Positions 29,665 through 39,062 of a stretch of 64,000 nt of DNA are shown here, in pieces. The first letter of the stretch is position 1. Each line of letters starts with the position of its first letter. Source of the DNA: Acidobacteriota bacterium (GTDB taxonomy: Bacteria > Acidobacteriota > UBA6911); NCBI GenBank assembly GCA_963664705.1, contig OY761556.1:6304001-6368000 (forward strand), in the 5' to 3' direction. A model generated the notes under the pieces. That model was not told where the DNA came from and ran no database searches. It saw nothing but the letters and a program-made list of their open reading frames with translations. Position numbers and translations under genes: made by a program.

Positions 29665-32600
29665 ATGCCGACACTAGCAAGCGATCTACGGAATAAGTTG
29701 GAACGCGTGGTCATTGAGGGGCGTGAAGCGGCAGAGAAGGGTGCTCGTGCGGCACTCGAAGCACTGGCGATCCACCATCACGAACCATATCTGCACATGA
29801 GTCCAGAGCTTCGCAAATTGCGCAGCCAACTTCGCGCTCGGGCGCGGCAACTTGGTGACCGACAGGATACCGCTGGAAGGATGACAATCGACCACATCGT
29901 CGCTGAGTGCGCTTATGAGCACTGGCACCGTATGCTGTTCGCTCGATTCCTGGCTGAAAACGGACTCTTGATCGAGCCGCATGAGAATATGTCCATCAGC
30001 TTGGCCGAGGCCGAGGAATTGGCAAAGGAAGATGGCGTTGATGTATGGATCTTTGTTTCCCGATGTGCCCAGCGAATGCTGCCGCAGATATTCCGACCGG
30101 ACGATCCGTTGCTTCAAATTTCTTTCGCAATAGAACATTTGCTTAAACTTGAGAATTTATTGGATTCCTTACCTAGTGCTGTCTTCACCGCTTCCGATGC
30201 ACTTGGATGGGTTTACCAGTTTTGGCAGAGTAAAAAGAAAGATCAGGTCAACCGCTCTGAGGTCAAGATCGGCGCGGATGAGATTGCTGCGGTGACGCAG
30301 CTATTCACTGAACCGTACATGGTAAAGTTCCTGCTTGACAACACCCTCGGTGCTTGGTGGGCAGGAAAGAAACTCTCCTTAGAGGAATCAAGCAGTGAGA
30401 AAACAGAAGATGAACTACGTCGCAGACTCTCACTGCCTGGCGTGGACTGGGAATATCTTCGTTTTGTTCGTGACGTGAATGGAGAGAACGAGATGTGGCG
30501 CCCCGCTGCTGGTACATTTGAGGGCTGGCCGAGAGTCACCGCGGAAATAAAAGTACTGGATCCATGTTGTGGATCCGGTCACTTCCTGGTTGCGGCCCTG
30601 CAACATCTCGTGCCGATTCGCATAGCAGAAGAAGGTTTGTCGGCAAGAGACGCGATTGATTCCGTGCTACGCGACAACATCTATGGCCTTGAGATCGATG
30701 AACGGTGTTGCCAAATTTCCGCATTCGCCTTGGCACTCGCCGCTTGGATCTACCCCGGCGCAGGCGGTTATCGAAAGTTGCCTGACCTAAACATCGCGCA
30801 TACCGGCATAGCAGCTGGCGGTACTCGCGACCAGTGGATGCGCATTCTCGAAGGTCATGGCAATCTTGAGCTTCGCTTCTTCTTCGGACAGCTCTATGAC
30901 CTCTTCCTTAAAGCCCCAACACTTGGATCGCTTATCAATCCTAACCGATTCCTTGGCAGCGGCATGCTCAATCGAAAGGGCATGGAAAAACTTCTACAAC
31001 ATCTTAAAAATGCCATGGCCGAAGACCCCAATGCTGGCCCTGAAAAGCATGAGATGGGTATCACCGCCCAGGGTTTAGCCAAAGCTGCTGAATTATTGGC
31101 TGATCGTTATACGTTGGTTGTGACCAATGTGCCGTACCTTGGCAGGGGTAAACAGGATGACATCCTTAGAGCGCACCTTGAGATCCAATATCCTCAGGGG
31201 AAAGCCGACCTTGCTACTGCGTTTATTTTGCGTTGCTTGGAATTTTGCAGTAAAGATGGCTCTATTGTATTGGTTACCCCGATGAACTGGTTTTTCCTCA
31301 CTACATACACCAAACTTCGAGAGGCGCTGCTCTATCATCGAGAATGGAACATTATAGCGCGGCTAGGGCCTGGCGCGTTCGAAACAATAACAGGTCACGT
31401 AGTAAACGTTGCATTGTTTACCCTGTCTGCCGCCACACCTGCTGACGATCACGCGATAGCTGGTTTGGATGTTTCTAGTGTCAAACGGCCTGACGAAAAA
31501 GCGGCTTTGCTTCGCGGGGACCAACCCATCGAGGTCGTCAGCGTTCTCCAATCTGAACAGCTCAAGAATCCCGATGCAGCAATTACCCTGACAACGAGTG
31601 CTGCCCATAGCTACCTCAGTGAATATGCCGATGGTCTTGTCGGAATTCTTAACGGAGACTGCGAGCGCTTTGAGCGAGTTTTCTGGGAAGTACCCGAACG
31701 AAGGCCACGTTGGGAGTTCGAACAATCAACCATTGATAGTACCTGTTTATACGGTGGGCGCCAGAAGATCATCTTGTGGGATAACGGTGATGGGGAATTG
31801 CGTGCGTTTGCTCATGAAGTTCGTGAACGGCTTCATAATGCTGATTACCGCGGCAATGAGGCTTGGGGAAAGCGGGGAGTCGCAGTCAAGCAGATGGGTT
31901 CGCTGCCTGTCACTCTTTATGATGGAGACAAATTTGATACTAATGTAGCAGTCATCCTTCCCAAGGATCATGCCATGTTGCTTCCGATCTGGGCTTTTTG
32001 CGCATCCCCAGATTATTCAGTGGCGGTTCGCCGGATTAACCAGAAGCTAAATGTTACCAATGCTTCGTTGGTCAAAGTCCCCTTCGATCGCAGCTATTGG
32101 CAGAGAGTTGCAGCGGAAAAATTTCCCAATGGTCTACCCGAGCCTGAGAGTGATGATCCGACACAGTGGCTCTTCCATGGCCGACCGGAGGAATCAACTT
32201 CCCCGCTCCAGGTTGCTATGGCTCGACTACTGGGATATCGCTGGCCTGCAGAACTTGATGACAAAATACGCCTCAGCAATCGGGCTCGTGCACTAGCAAA
32301 ACGATGCGAGGAGTTGGCCAAGTTTGTCGACAATGACGGGGTTATTCCGATCCCGTCGTTGCGTGGCGAAGAGCCCGCTGCCGAGCGATTGCATGCGCTG
32401 TTAGGTGTAGTGGGCATCGATCCCGGGAAAGCGCGGGAATTGGCCGGCGGTGCCGATCTCGAAGACTGGCTCCGTAATTGCTTCTTCGAAGAACACTGCA
32501 AGATGTTTCACGATAGGCCTTTTATATGGCATATCTGGGACGGACGGAAGCGGGATGGATTTGGCGTTCTGGTTAATTGCCATAAACTCTGTGAAGGCAA

Positions 32601-33120
32601 CGGCAAAGGCCGTAAGCTGCTAGAATCGCTTACTTATGCCTACCTCGGTGAGTGGATCACCCGTCAAAAGGATGGCGTCAAACGAGGTGAAGGCGGTGCG
32701 GAAGATCGATTGTCAGCAGCAATGGAACTTCAACATCTCCTGCGGTCCATTCTCGATGGCGATCCTCCTTATGACATTTTTGTGCGATGGAAGCCCTTGT
32801 CTGAGCAGCCGATAGGCTGGGAACCGGACATAAATGACGGCATACGAACTAGCATTCGTCCCTTCCTTGCATCCGATTTATCGAACGGCAAGAAGGGGGC
32901 AGGGATTCTGCGAAGCAGACCCAATATCAAATGGACTAAGGATCGAGGCAAGGAACCCAGGCGGCCGATCCGAGAGTTCCCATGGTTTTGGGGTTGGGAT
33001 GGATCCAAGAATTATACCGTGGGCCCCCTGTCAGAGTTTACAGGAGAAAGATTCAACGAATGTCATTATTCCAACGATTTAAAACAACAGGCGCGCCAGC
33101 AGGCAAAGAGCAAAGAATGA
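29665..33120 (+). CDS. pglX: BREX adenine methyltransferase PglX (BrxX)
   Basis: TQLFTEPYMV, LDPCCGSGHFL, TNVPY, RPFIWHIWDG, PDINDG. Confidence 0.9.
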   Translation: MPTLASDLRNKLERVVIEGREAAEKGARAALEALAIHHHEPYLHMSPELRKLRSQLRARARQLGDRQDTAGRMTIDHIVAECAYEHWHRMLFARFLAENGLLIEPHENMSISLAEAEELAKEDGVDVWIFVSRCAQRMLPQIFRPDDPLLQISFAIEHLLKLENLLDSLPSAVFTASDALGWVYQFWQSKKKDQVNRSEVKIGADEIAAVTQLFTEPYMVKFLLDNTLGAWWAGKKLSLEESSSEKTEDELRRRLSLPGVDWEYLRFVRDVNGENEMWRPAAGTFEGWPRVTAEIKVLDPCCGSGHFLVAALQHLVPIRIAEEGLSARDAIDSVLRDNIYGLEIDERCCQISAFALALAAWIYPGAGGYRKLPDLNIAHTGIAAGGTRDQWMRILEGHGNLELRFFFGQLYDLFLKAPTLGSLINPNRFLGSGMLNRKGMEKLLQHLKNAMAEDPNAGPEKHEMGITAQGLAKAAELLADRYTLVVTNVPYLGRGKQDDILRAHLEIQYPQGKADLATAFILRCLEFCSKDGSIVLVTPMNWFFLTTYTKLREALLYHREWNIIARLGPGAFETITGHVVNVALFTLSAATPADDHAIAGLDVSSVKRPDEKAALLRGDQPIEVVSVLQSEQLKNPDAAITLTTSAAHSYLSEYADGLVGILNGDCERFERVFWEVPERRPRWEFEQSTIDSTCLYGGRQKIILWDNGDGELRAFAHEVRERLHNADYRGNEAWGKRGVAVKQMGSLPVTLYDGDKFDTNVAVILPKDHAMLLPIWAFCASPDYSVAVRRINQKLNVTNASLVKVPFDRSYWQRVAAEKFPNGLPEPESDDPTQWLFHGRPEESTSPLQVAMARLLGYRWPAELDDKIRLSNRARALAKRCEELAKFVDNDGVIPIPSLRGEEPAAERLHALLGVVGIDPGKARELAGGADLEDWLRNCFFEEHCKMFHDRPFIWHIWDGRKRDGFGVLVNCHKLCEGNGKGRKLLESLTYAYLGEWITRQKDGVKRGEGGAEDRLSAAMELQHLLRSILDGDPPYDIFVRWKPLSEQPIGWEPDINDGIRTSIRPFLASDLSNGKKGAGILRSRPNIKWTKDRGKEPRRPIREFPWFWGWDGSKNYTVGPLSEFTGERFNECHYSNDLKQQARQQAKSKE

Positions 33121-33139
33121 CTCTTATTGAGGTGAACTC

Positions 33140-34843
33140 ATGAGCATTAATATCGGCATCATCGACCAGCGAGTCCGAAAATTAGCGGAGGATTTGGCCG
33201 CCGAATTCGAGACACGGTTAAACATCCCGCATGAAGGCAATGAGCAGGTCACCATTAAACGACGATCCGCCGCGTTCGTATACCTTGTAGTTCAGACCGT
33301 ACTCGATCTTAGCGACGAACAAGCCCTAGACTGTCTCACAGAAGGCGGCGGTGATATTGGGCTGGATGCAGTGCATATCGGCGACGTTGAGGATGGCGAG
33401 TTCGTTGTCACACTCTTCCAGGGAAAGTATACGCACAAGCTGGAAAAGGCAGGGATAAGCAACTTCCCTGAGAACTCCATTGTAAAGATGATTGGTACTG
33501 TCAGACACCTCTGTGATCCTGATGCCATATTAGATGTGAATAATGCCGTAAAGAAGCGAATGGAGGAGATCCGATCGTTGGTTCGCGATGGCAAAATTCC
33601 TCTGGTTCAGGTCATTTTATGCAACAACGGCCCTTCATGGAACGAAAGCGCGCAGAAACTAATCGATGCTGAGAATTTTGGTGATCAAGTTGTGTGGCGG
33701 CATGTCAATCACGATAACTTAGCTCAAATTATGCAGGCTGTGAAACCAGTAAATGAGTCGTTCAGGCTAATCGGCGATGCGACAATTGAGAGTTTTGATT
33801 TCTGCCGGGTGCTCGTAGGCAAAGTGCTTGTGAAAGAGATCGAAGGTCTTTTTAACCGCAATCCAGGCGATCGCTTGCTAGAGAGAAATGTTCGGCGCTT
33901 TCTTGGTCTTCAGGGAAATCGCGTTAATCAGGCTATTGAAAAGACTCTCCTGACTGAGTCAGAAAGGCCAAATTTCTATTTTTACAACAATGGCATCACG
34001 ATGGTATGCCGGAAGTTTGCCCATAGCGGGTTGCAAAAGGGTAATTACATCGTACAGGTGGAGGGTATGCAAGTCATCAACGGAGGCCAGACTTGTAAGA
34101 CAATTCAGAATACGCTGTCGACTCTAGCAGGCGCCGATGCCGGTTTGGAAAAGGCTTTCGTCTTAGTACGACTCTATGAACTGCCTAGTGAATCCTCTGA
34201 TTTGGTCAAAAGCATCACCTATGCCACCAATAGCCAAAATCCTGTTGATCTCCGTGATCTTCGATCCAATGATGCAAAACAGAAGAACTTGGAGATGGCA
34301 ATTTATGATCTTGGGTTCACTTACCACCGGCACCGCAGTGACGCTTCGCTGAAAGCTACGGATATCAGCAGCGCAACGGCCGCGGAAGCCATTCTGTCGG
34401 TATGGCGTTGCATGCCACATAGGGCCAAGTTCATGGGACGTGAACATTTCGGGAAATTGTATGAAGCTATTTTTTCCAGTGACCTGAATGCGGCCCAGGT
34501 TATCATCGCCACATTAGTGTTCAGGATCGCCGAAAACAAACGGCGTCGTCCTCCAACAGATGCACCAGACTTTATTGCATATGGCTCGTGCTTTATAGCG
34601 ATGCTGATGGGGCAATACCTTTTGAGTGATCTCGGCATCACACTACCACAGCTTAACCATCTCAGGTTCGCAGAGGCGAAAGCCAAGTTAGACCAGAACG
34701 AAGCTTCGTATTTTGCAAAAGCAACGAGCGAAGTGGACGAGGCTCTCAAAAGACTCTACGGCGGGCAGGTTATTTCACTGCAACGTATGGCAGCAACATT
34801 CAGACGGGGTGATTTGATTCAGGAGCTGGGAATACACCAATAA
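33140..34843 (+). CDS. AIPR family protein
   Basis: DIGLDA..FQGK nuclease-like N-terminus; LLERNVRRFLG, FYFYNNGIT, QVINGGQT, ATNSQN. Confidence 0.9.
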   Translation: MSINIGIIDQRVRKLAEDLAAEFETRLNIPHEGNEQVTIKRRSAAFVYLVVQTVLDLSDEQALDCLTEGGGDIGLDAVHIGDVEDGEFVVTLFQGKYTHKLEKAGISNFPENSIVKMIGTVRHLCDPDAILDVNNAVKKRMEEIRSLVRDGKIPLVQVILCNNGPSWNESAQKLIDAENFGDQVVWRHVNHDNLAQIMQAVKPVNESFRLIGDATIESFDFCRVLVGKVLVKEIEGLFNRNPGDRLLERNVRRFLGLQGNRVNQAIEKTLLTESERPNFYFYNNGITMVCRKFAHSGLQKGNYIVQVEGMQVINGGQTCKTIQNTLSTLAGADAGLEKAFVLVRLYELPSESSDLVKSITYATNSQNPVDLRDLRSNDAKQKNLEMAIYDLGFTYHRHRSDASLKATDISSATAAEAILSVWRCMPHRAKFMGREHFGKLYEAIFSSDLNAAQVIIATLVFRIAENKRRRPPTDAPDFIAYGSCFIAMLMGQYLLSDLGITLPQLNHLRFAEAKAKLDQNEASYFAKATSEVDEALKRLYGGQVISLQRMAATFRRGDLIQELGIHQ

Positions 34844-34883
34844 TATATGACGAGGCCCGTGAAGCCACTAGAAAGGGTAAGAG

Positions 34884-36080
34884 ATGAGTAATCAACTACT
34901 GAACAGCCTCCATTTGAGGGGCTTTCTGTCGTTTGGCCTTCACAGCAAACCGGTGCATCTGAACGGGCTGAATTTACTCATTGGCCCCAACGGTGTAGGT
35001 AAAAGCAATTTTGTAGAGGCTGTGGAATTGCTACATGCAACACCTGCGGACTTTAGTGGTGCGATCCGTCTTGGCGGTCTGCCCAGCGACTGGATATGGC
35101 ATGGTGGGCAAGGGAGCAATGCTGCAAGGATTGAAGCCAAGCTCTCGAAGATGAATGGATCGCCGGAGTTGAAATACGGCATTGAATTTGCTGAGAGCGG
35201 TGGACGGCTGGAAATTATTGATGAAATCCTAGAAAATTCCGCCAAAGTTTCGCCTAAGGAGAAGGATGTATTCTTTTACTATCGCTACAAGCACGGCCAC
35301 CCAGTTATTAATGTTTGGGGAGTTTCCCCTGCTGATAATTTTAAGCAGCGCAAGCTCAAGCGGGAAAATATCGATCCGCAGCAGTCCATTTTATCTCAAA
35401 AGAAGGATATTGAACTTTATCCCGAAGTGACAACCACCGGAAAAAGATTTAGTTCCATCCAGATATTCCGGGAATGGGGTTTTGGCCGATCGGCCGCGCT
35501 TCGCTCCCCGCAATCATCGAATCTTCCGACTGATGTGCTGCTGCCTCAATTAATCAATCTTGGTTTGGTTCTCAATGATCTGGAGCATCGACCCGAATGG
35601 AATCGCTTTAATGCTTTGATGACACAATTCCTGCCGCGCTACACGCGATTGAGCACAAAGGTTTCTGCCGGTTCTGTTCAAGTGTATCTGCATGAAGATG
35701 GACTGAGTGTTCCAGTTCCGGCCACGCGTTTGTCTGATGGCACCCTACGCTTTCTTTCACTCTTAGCGATTTTGCTGAAGCCCGAGGCTGCGAGCCTGGT
35801 TTGCATCGAGGAGCCGGAATTGGGACTTCATCCGGATGCTATGTCGCTACTTGCGGACCTTTTGGTGGAAGCCTCCGCGAAAACACAACTGATTGTAACC
35901 ACGCATTCAGACACGCTTGTCTCAGAATTGACGGATGAGGCTGATTCAGTGCTGGTATGCGATTACGGACCGGAAGGTACTGAGTTGCACCGGTTGGAGG
36001 CTGCCAAATTACAACACTGGCTTGGGAAGTATCGATTGGGTGAGGTCTGGCGACTGGGAAAGATCGGAGGCAACCTGTGA
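34884..36080 (+). CDS. ABC-type (AAA_21-like) ATPase
   Basis: GPNGVGKSN, LSDGTLRFL, IEEPELGLHP, TTHS. Confidence 0.9.
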   Translation: MSNQLLNSLHLRGFLSFGLHSKPVHLNGLNLLIGPNGVGKSNFVEAVELLHATPADFSGAIRLGGLPSDWIWHGGQGSNAARIEAKLSKMNGSPELKYGIEFAESGGRLEIIDEILENSAKVSPKEKDVFFYYRYKHGHPVINVWGVSPADNFKQRKLKRENIDPQQSILSQKKDIELYPEVTTTGKRFSSIQIFREWGFGRSAALRSPQSSNLPTDVLLPQLINLGLVLNDLEHRPEWNRFNALMTQFLPRYTRLSTKVSAGSVQVYLHEDGLSVPVPATRLSDGTLRFLSLLAILLKPEAASLVCIEEPELGLHPDAMSLLADLLVEASAKTQLIVTTHSDTLVSELTDEADSVLVCDYGPEGTELHRLEAAKLQHWLGKYRLGEVWRLGKIGGNL

Positions 36081-36712
36081 CTTTGAGCATCGCCATTTAC
36101 ATCGAAGGAGGAGGAGATACTCCCCAGACGTTGGCTCCTTTCCGCAAGGGAATGTCAGCTTTTCTCAATCCGATTGTGAATGAATTGCGGAAGAAGAGGA
36201 TCAAATGGCGAGTAATTGCATGCGGCGGGCGCAAAGCGGCCTACGACGCCTTTGTAGATGCGCTGGAGAATGAGCCAGAAGTCCACAATGTTTTGCTCAT
36301 AGATTCCGAGGATCCGGTTGCAATCGCCGTAAGCCCTTGGGTGCACCTGCGAAATCGGCAGGGCGATGGATGGGCACAGCCCGCTGGTGCTAATGATGCG
36401 CGCTGTCAAATGATGGTTGTTTGCATGGAAGCTTGGTTTCTGGCGGATCCTGTCAATATGAAAAAGCATTTTGGTGGCAATTTCGATGTGGCCAAACTCC
36501 CGGCCGCGAATCTAGCCGAAACTCGAACAAAGGCTAGCATCAACAACGCATTAAGCCAAGCGACGCGCAAAACCCCAGCCAAGGAATACAAGAAGATCCG
36601 TGATGGTGCGAAGCTGCTTTCGGAGGTCGATCCGGCGACAGTGCGGATACACTGCAAGTGGTGCGATAGGCTTTTTAAGTCGTTAGGTGAAGTTATCGGA
36701 GTCGTGTTATGA
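36077..36712 (+). CDS. DUF4276-like TOPRIM-fold protein
   Basis: YIEGGG, CGGR, LIDSE, MEAWFLAD, YKKIRDG; overlaps the ATPase stop. Confidence 0.78.
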   Translation: MTLSIAIYIEGGGDTPQTLAPFRKGMSAFLNPIVNELRKKRIKWRVIACGGRKAAYDAFVDALENEPEVHNVLLIDSEDPVAIAVSPWVHLRNRQGDGWAQPAGANDARCQMMVVCMEAWFLADPVNMKKHFGGNFDVAKLPAANLAETRTKASINNALSQATRKTPAKEYKKIRDGAKLLSEVDPATVRIHCKWCDRLFKSLGEVIGVVL

Positions 36713-39060
36713 ATCAGACTTCTACGCTTATTGATTTGGTACGGACCTCGCTCACGCAAGCGGGTCGGTACAATGTGGGCGATGTGGTTGCGCCGGCGGC
36801 AGTGCTGTGGACTGATGCAGATGGCCAGTGGAAGCCAGTAGTTGAGCGGCTACGATCTCTTATGCCGGAGCTTCTAACATTGGGCGGGTATGACCCGGCC
36901 CTGCGAACTGGGCCAGCGATTTGGCTGCGGTGCGTGATCGAACCCGCGGTACGGGCAGAAAAATTCCCCGGCCTTGCCTGGACGAATGGCTGTATCCCCG
37001 TAGTGTACCTGCCGGGCGTTAGTCGTCAGACACTCAGGGCTGTCGAAGAATGCCCAGACGAGTTAAAGCCCATGGTTGAGCTTCAGTACCGCGGTACAGT
37101 CTGGTCGCAGAAGAATGGCAAAGACTGGACGATTCGCGCATTTCTGGTGAACGATGAGGAAGGGCTTGGATTGGATGTTGCAGAAGATAAGCTCACGCTC
37201 CAGGCGATGCAGGGATCGTTGTCACAATTGGTGGTGACAACGGCCGTGCGGCTAAGGGGCAAACGACTAGAAGCGGAAGATTTCGACAAGCTCATGATCG
37301 GCGACACGCCGCGGGATTTGTTACTGTGGCTTGGGGATCCCACCGCCACACGCGAACGCTGGGACGAGGGGAAATGGTCGGCATTTCGGAATCGCTGCGT
37401 GCAGGACTACGGGTTTGATCCCGAAACTGAAGGGGAAATTGCTGGTGGTGAGAAGATCGCAGAACGGAAAGATGCGTGGTATGGCGTATGGGAGCGTTTT
37501 GCTGAGGCACCGACACTGTTTCCTGGCATACCGAACCTTCTGCGGCGTGTGAAACCTAAAGGCAAATTAATCTTCGAGCAAGAGACTTGGCCGGATGAAA
37601 ACGACTTGATGGAAACCTCACTTCGCAATGCCCTTATGGAGGTCGGCACGATGAAGCCAGCCGACGCGCGTTTGCGACTAGCGCAATTAGAAGTGGAGCA
37701 TGGACCGCGGCGAGCTTGGGTCTGGGCAAGGCTTAACCAGTGCCCACTGGCAAGTGCCATTGCACATCTGGCTGTGCTTGCCTCGCGGACGGCAACAACG
37801 TTAGGTGGAGACTCTGCAGACGTGATGGCCAAGTTGTATGCGGAAGGGGGGTATCTGGCCGACGACGCGGCATTGCGGGCGATTGCATGCGCAAGAACCG
37901 CAGAAGATGCGGCCGCAGTCCGCGCGGCGATACGTTGTTTATATCTGCCATGGTTGGATGACACGGCTCGCCATTTTCAGGAATGCTTGAGGGTCAAGGC
38001 GCTACCAACGGTACAGCAACAGGAGGCAGTATCGATCGCGCCTGGAGAGTGCATCCTATTTGCTGACGGCCTCCGCTTTGACATCGGGCAGAGACTCGCG
38101 ACAATGGCCGGAGAGCGACAAATAGAATTAACGATCGGGTCGCGATGGGCGGCACTGCCGACCGTTACCGCGACAGCCAAACCGGCAGCTTCTCCGGTTG
38201 CTGCCGCGATCTGTGGTGCAAAATTGGAGGCTGACTTTTGCCCGGAAACATCGAATAAGGGCGAAAAACTTAATGCGGACCGCTTCCGTCGGCTATTGTC
38301 GGCAGCCGGCTTTCAATTACTTGGGCCGAGCGAAACTGGTGACCCCAGAGACAAGAACGCTCTTGCCTGGACTGAATATGGAGAATTCGACAAGCTTGGA
38401 CACAACCTCCAATCCAAACTGGCGTCACGCATCGATGATCAACTGGAACTGTTGCTGGAACGCGTGCAATTGCTGCTCAATGCTGGATGGAAACGAGTGC
38501 GCATTGTGACCGATCATGGGTGGCAACTTGTGCCGGGAGGAATGCCGAAGTTCCAATTGCCGAAGTATCTCACTGAGAGCCTTTGGTCAAGGTGCGCATC
38601 GATCAAGGAGAGTTCGCATGCTGATGTGCCGGTAGCCAGTTGGTCTTGGAACTCACAAGAGCAGTTTGCCTATGCGCCTGGGGTGCATTGTTTTGTCGCC
38701 AACCAAGAGTATGCTCACGGCGGCGCGAGCCTGCAGGAATGTCTAGTGCCCGTCCTGACCTTCGCAGAAACGGGGAGGCCGGATGGCAGGGTAGTTAGGG
38801 TAAGCGAAATACAGTGGGTGGGCTTGCGGTGCCGCGTAACTGTGGGGCCGGGAGCGGAAGGATTATTGGCTGATCTGCGAACGAAACCCAATGTTTCCTG
38901 TTCAAGCATCACTGATCCCAAGCCTCTGGATACCGCAGGCAAGGCTGCCCTGTTGGTTGCTGACGAATCTCTTGAAGGAACGATGGTCAGCCTGGTCATT
39001 ATTGATGGGTCAGGTCGCATACTCAGCAAAGAAGCAACCACCGTTGGAGGTGATAAGTAA
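36709..39060 (+). CDS. pglZ: BREX phosphatase PglZ (type B-like)
   Basis: TGPAIWLRC, FADGLRFD, ALPTVTATAK, VTDHGW, YAHGGASLQEC. Confidence 0.92.
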   Translation: MNQTSTLIDLVRTSLTQAGRYNVGDVVAPAAVLWTDADGQWKPVVERLRSLMPELLTLGGYDPALRTGPAIWLRCVIEPAVRAEKFPGLAWTNGCIPVVYLPGVSRQTLRAVEECPDELKPMVELQYRGTVWSQKNGKDWTIRAFLVNDEEGLGLDVAEDKLTLQAMQGSLSQLVVTTAVRLRGKRLEAEDFDKLMIGDTPRDLLLWLGDPTATRERWDEGKWSAFRNRCVQDYGFDPETEGEIAGGEKIAERKDAWYGVWERFAEAPTLFPGIPNLLRRVKPKGKLIFEQETWPDENDLMETSLRNALMEVGTMKPADARLRLAQLEVEHGPRRAWVWARLNQCPLASAIAHLAVLASRTATTLGGDSADVMAKLYAEGGYLADDAALRAIACARTAEDAAAVRAAIRCLYLPWLDDTARHFQECLRVKALPTVQQQEAVSIAPGECILFADGLRFDIGQRLATMAGERQIELTIGSRWAALPTVTATAKPAASPVAAAICGAKLEADFCPETSNKGEKLNADRFRRLLSAAGFQLLGPSETGDPRDKNALAWTEYGEFDKLGHNLQSKLASRIDDQLELLLERVQLLLNAGWKRVRIVTDHGWQLVPGGMPKFQLPKYLTESLWSRCASIKESSHADVPVASWSWNSQEQFAYAPGVHCFVANQEYAHGGASLQECLVPVLTFAETGRPDGRVVRVSEIQWVGLRCRVTVGPGAEGLLADLRTKPNVSCSSITDPKPLDTAGKAALLVADESLEGTMVSLVIIDGSGRILSKEATTVGGDK

Positions 39061-39062
39061 CC

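Noticed and set aside
31123-31140. PglX inactivated because the motif reads NVPY rather than NPPY
   Set aside because: Asn and Tyr are retained, the SAM motif is intact and the ORF is full length; a natural variant is more likely.
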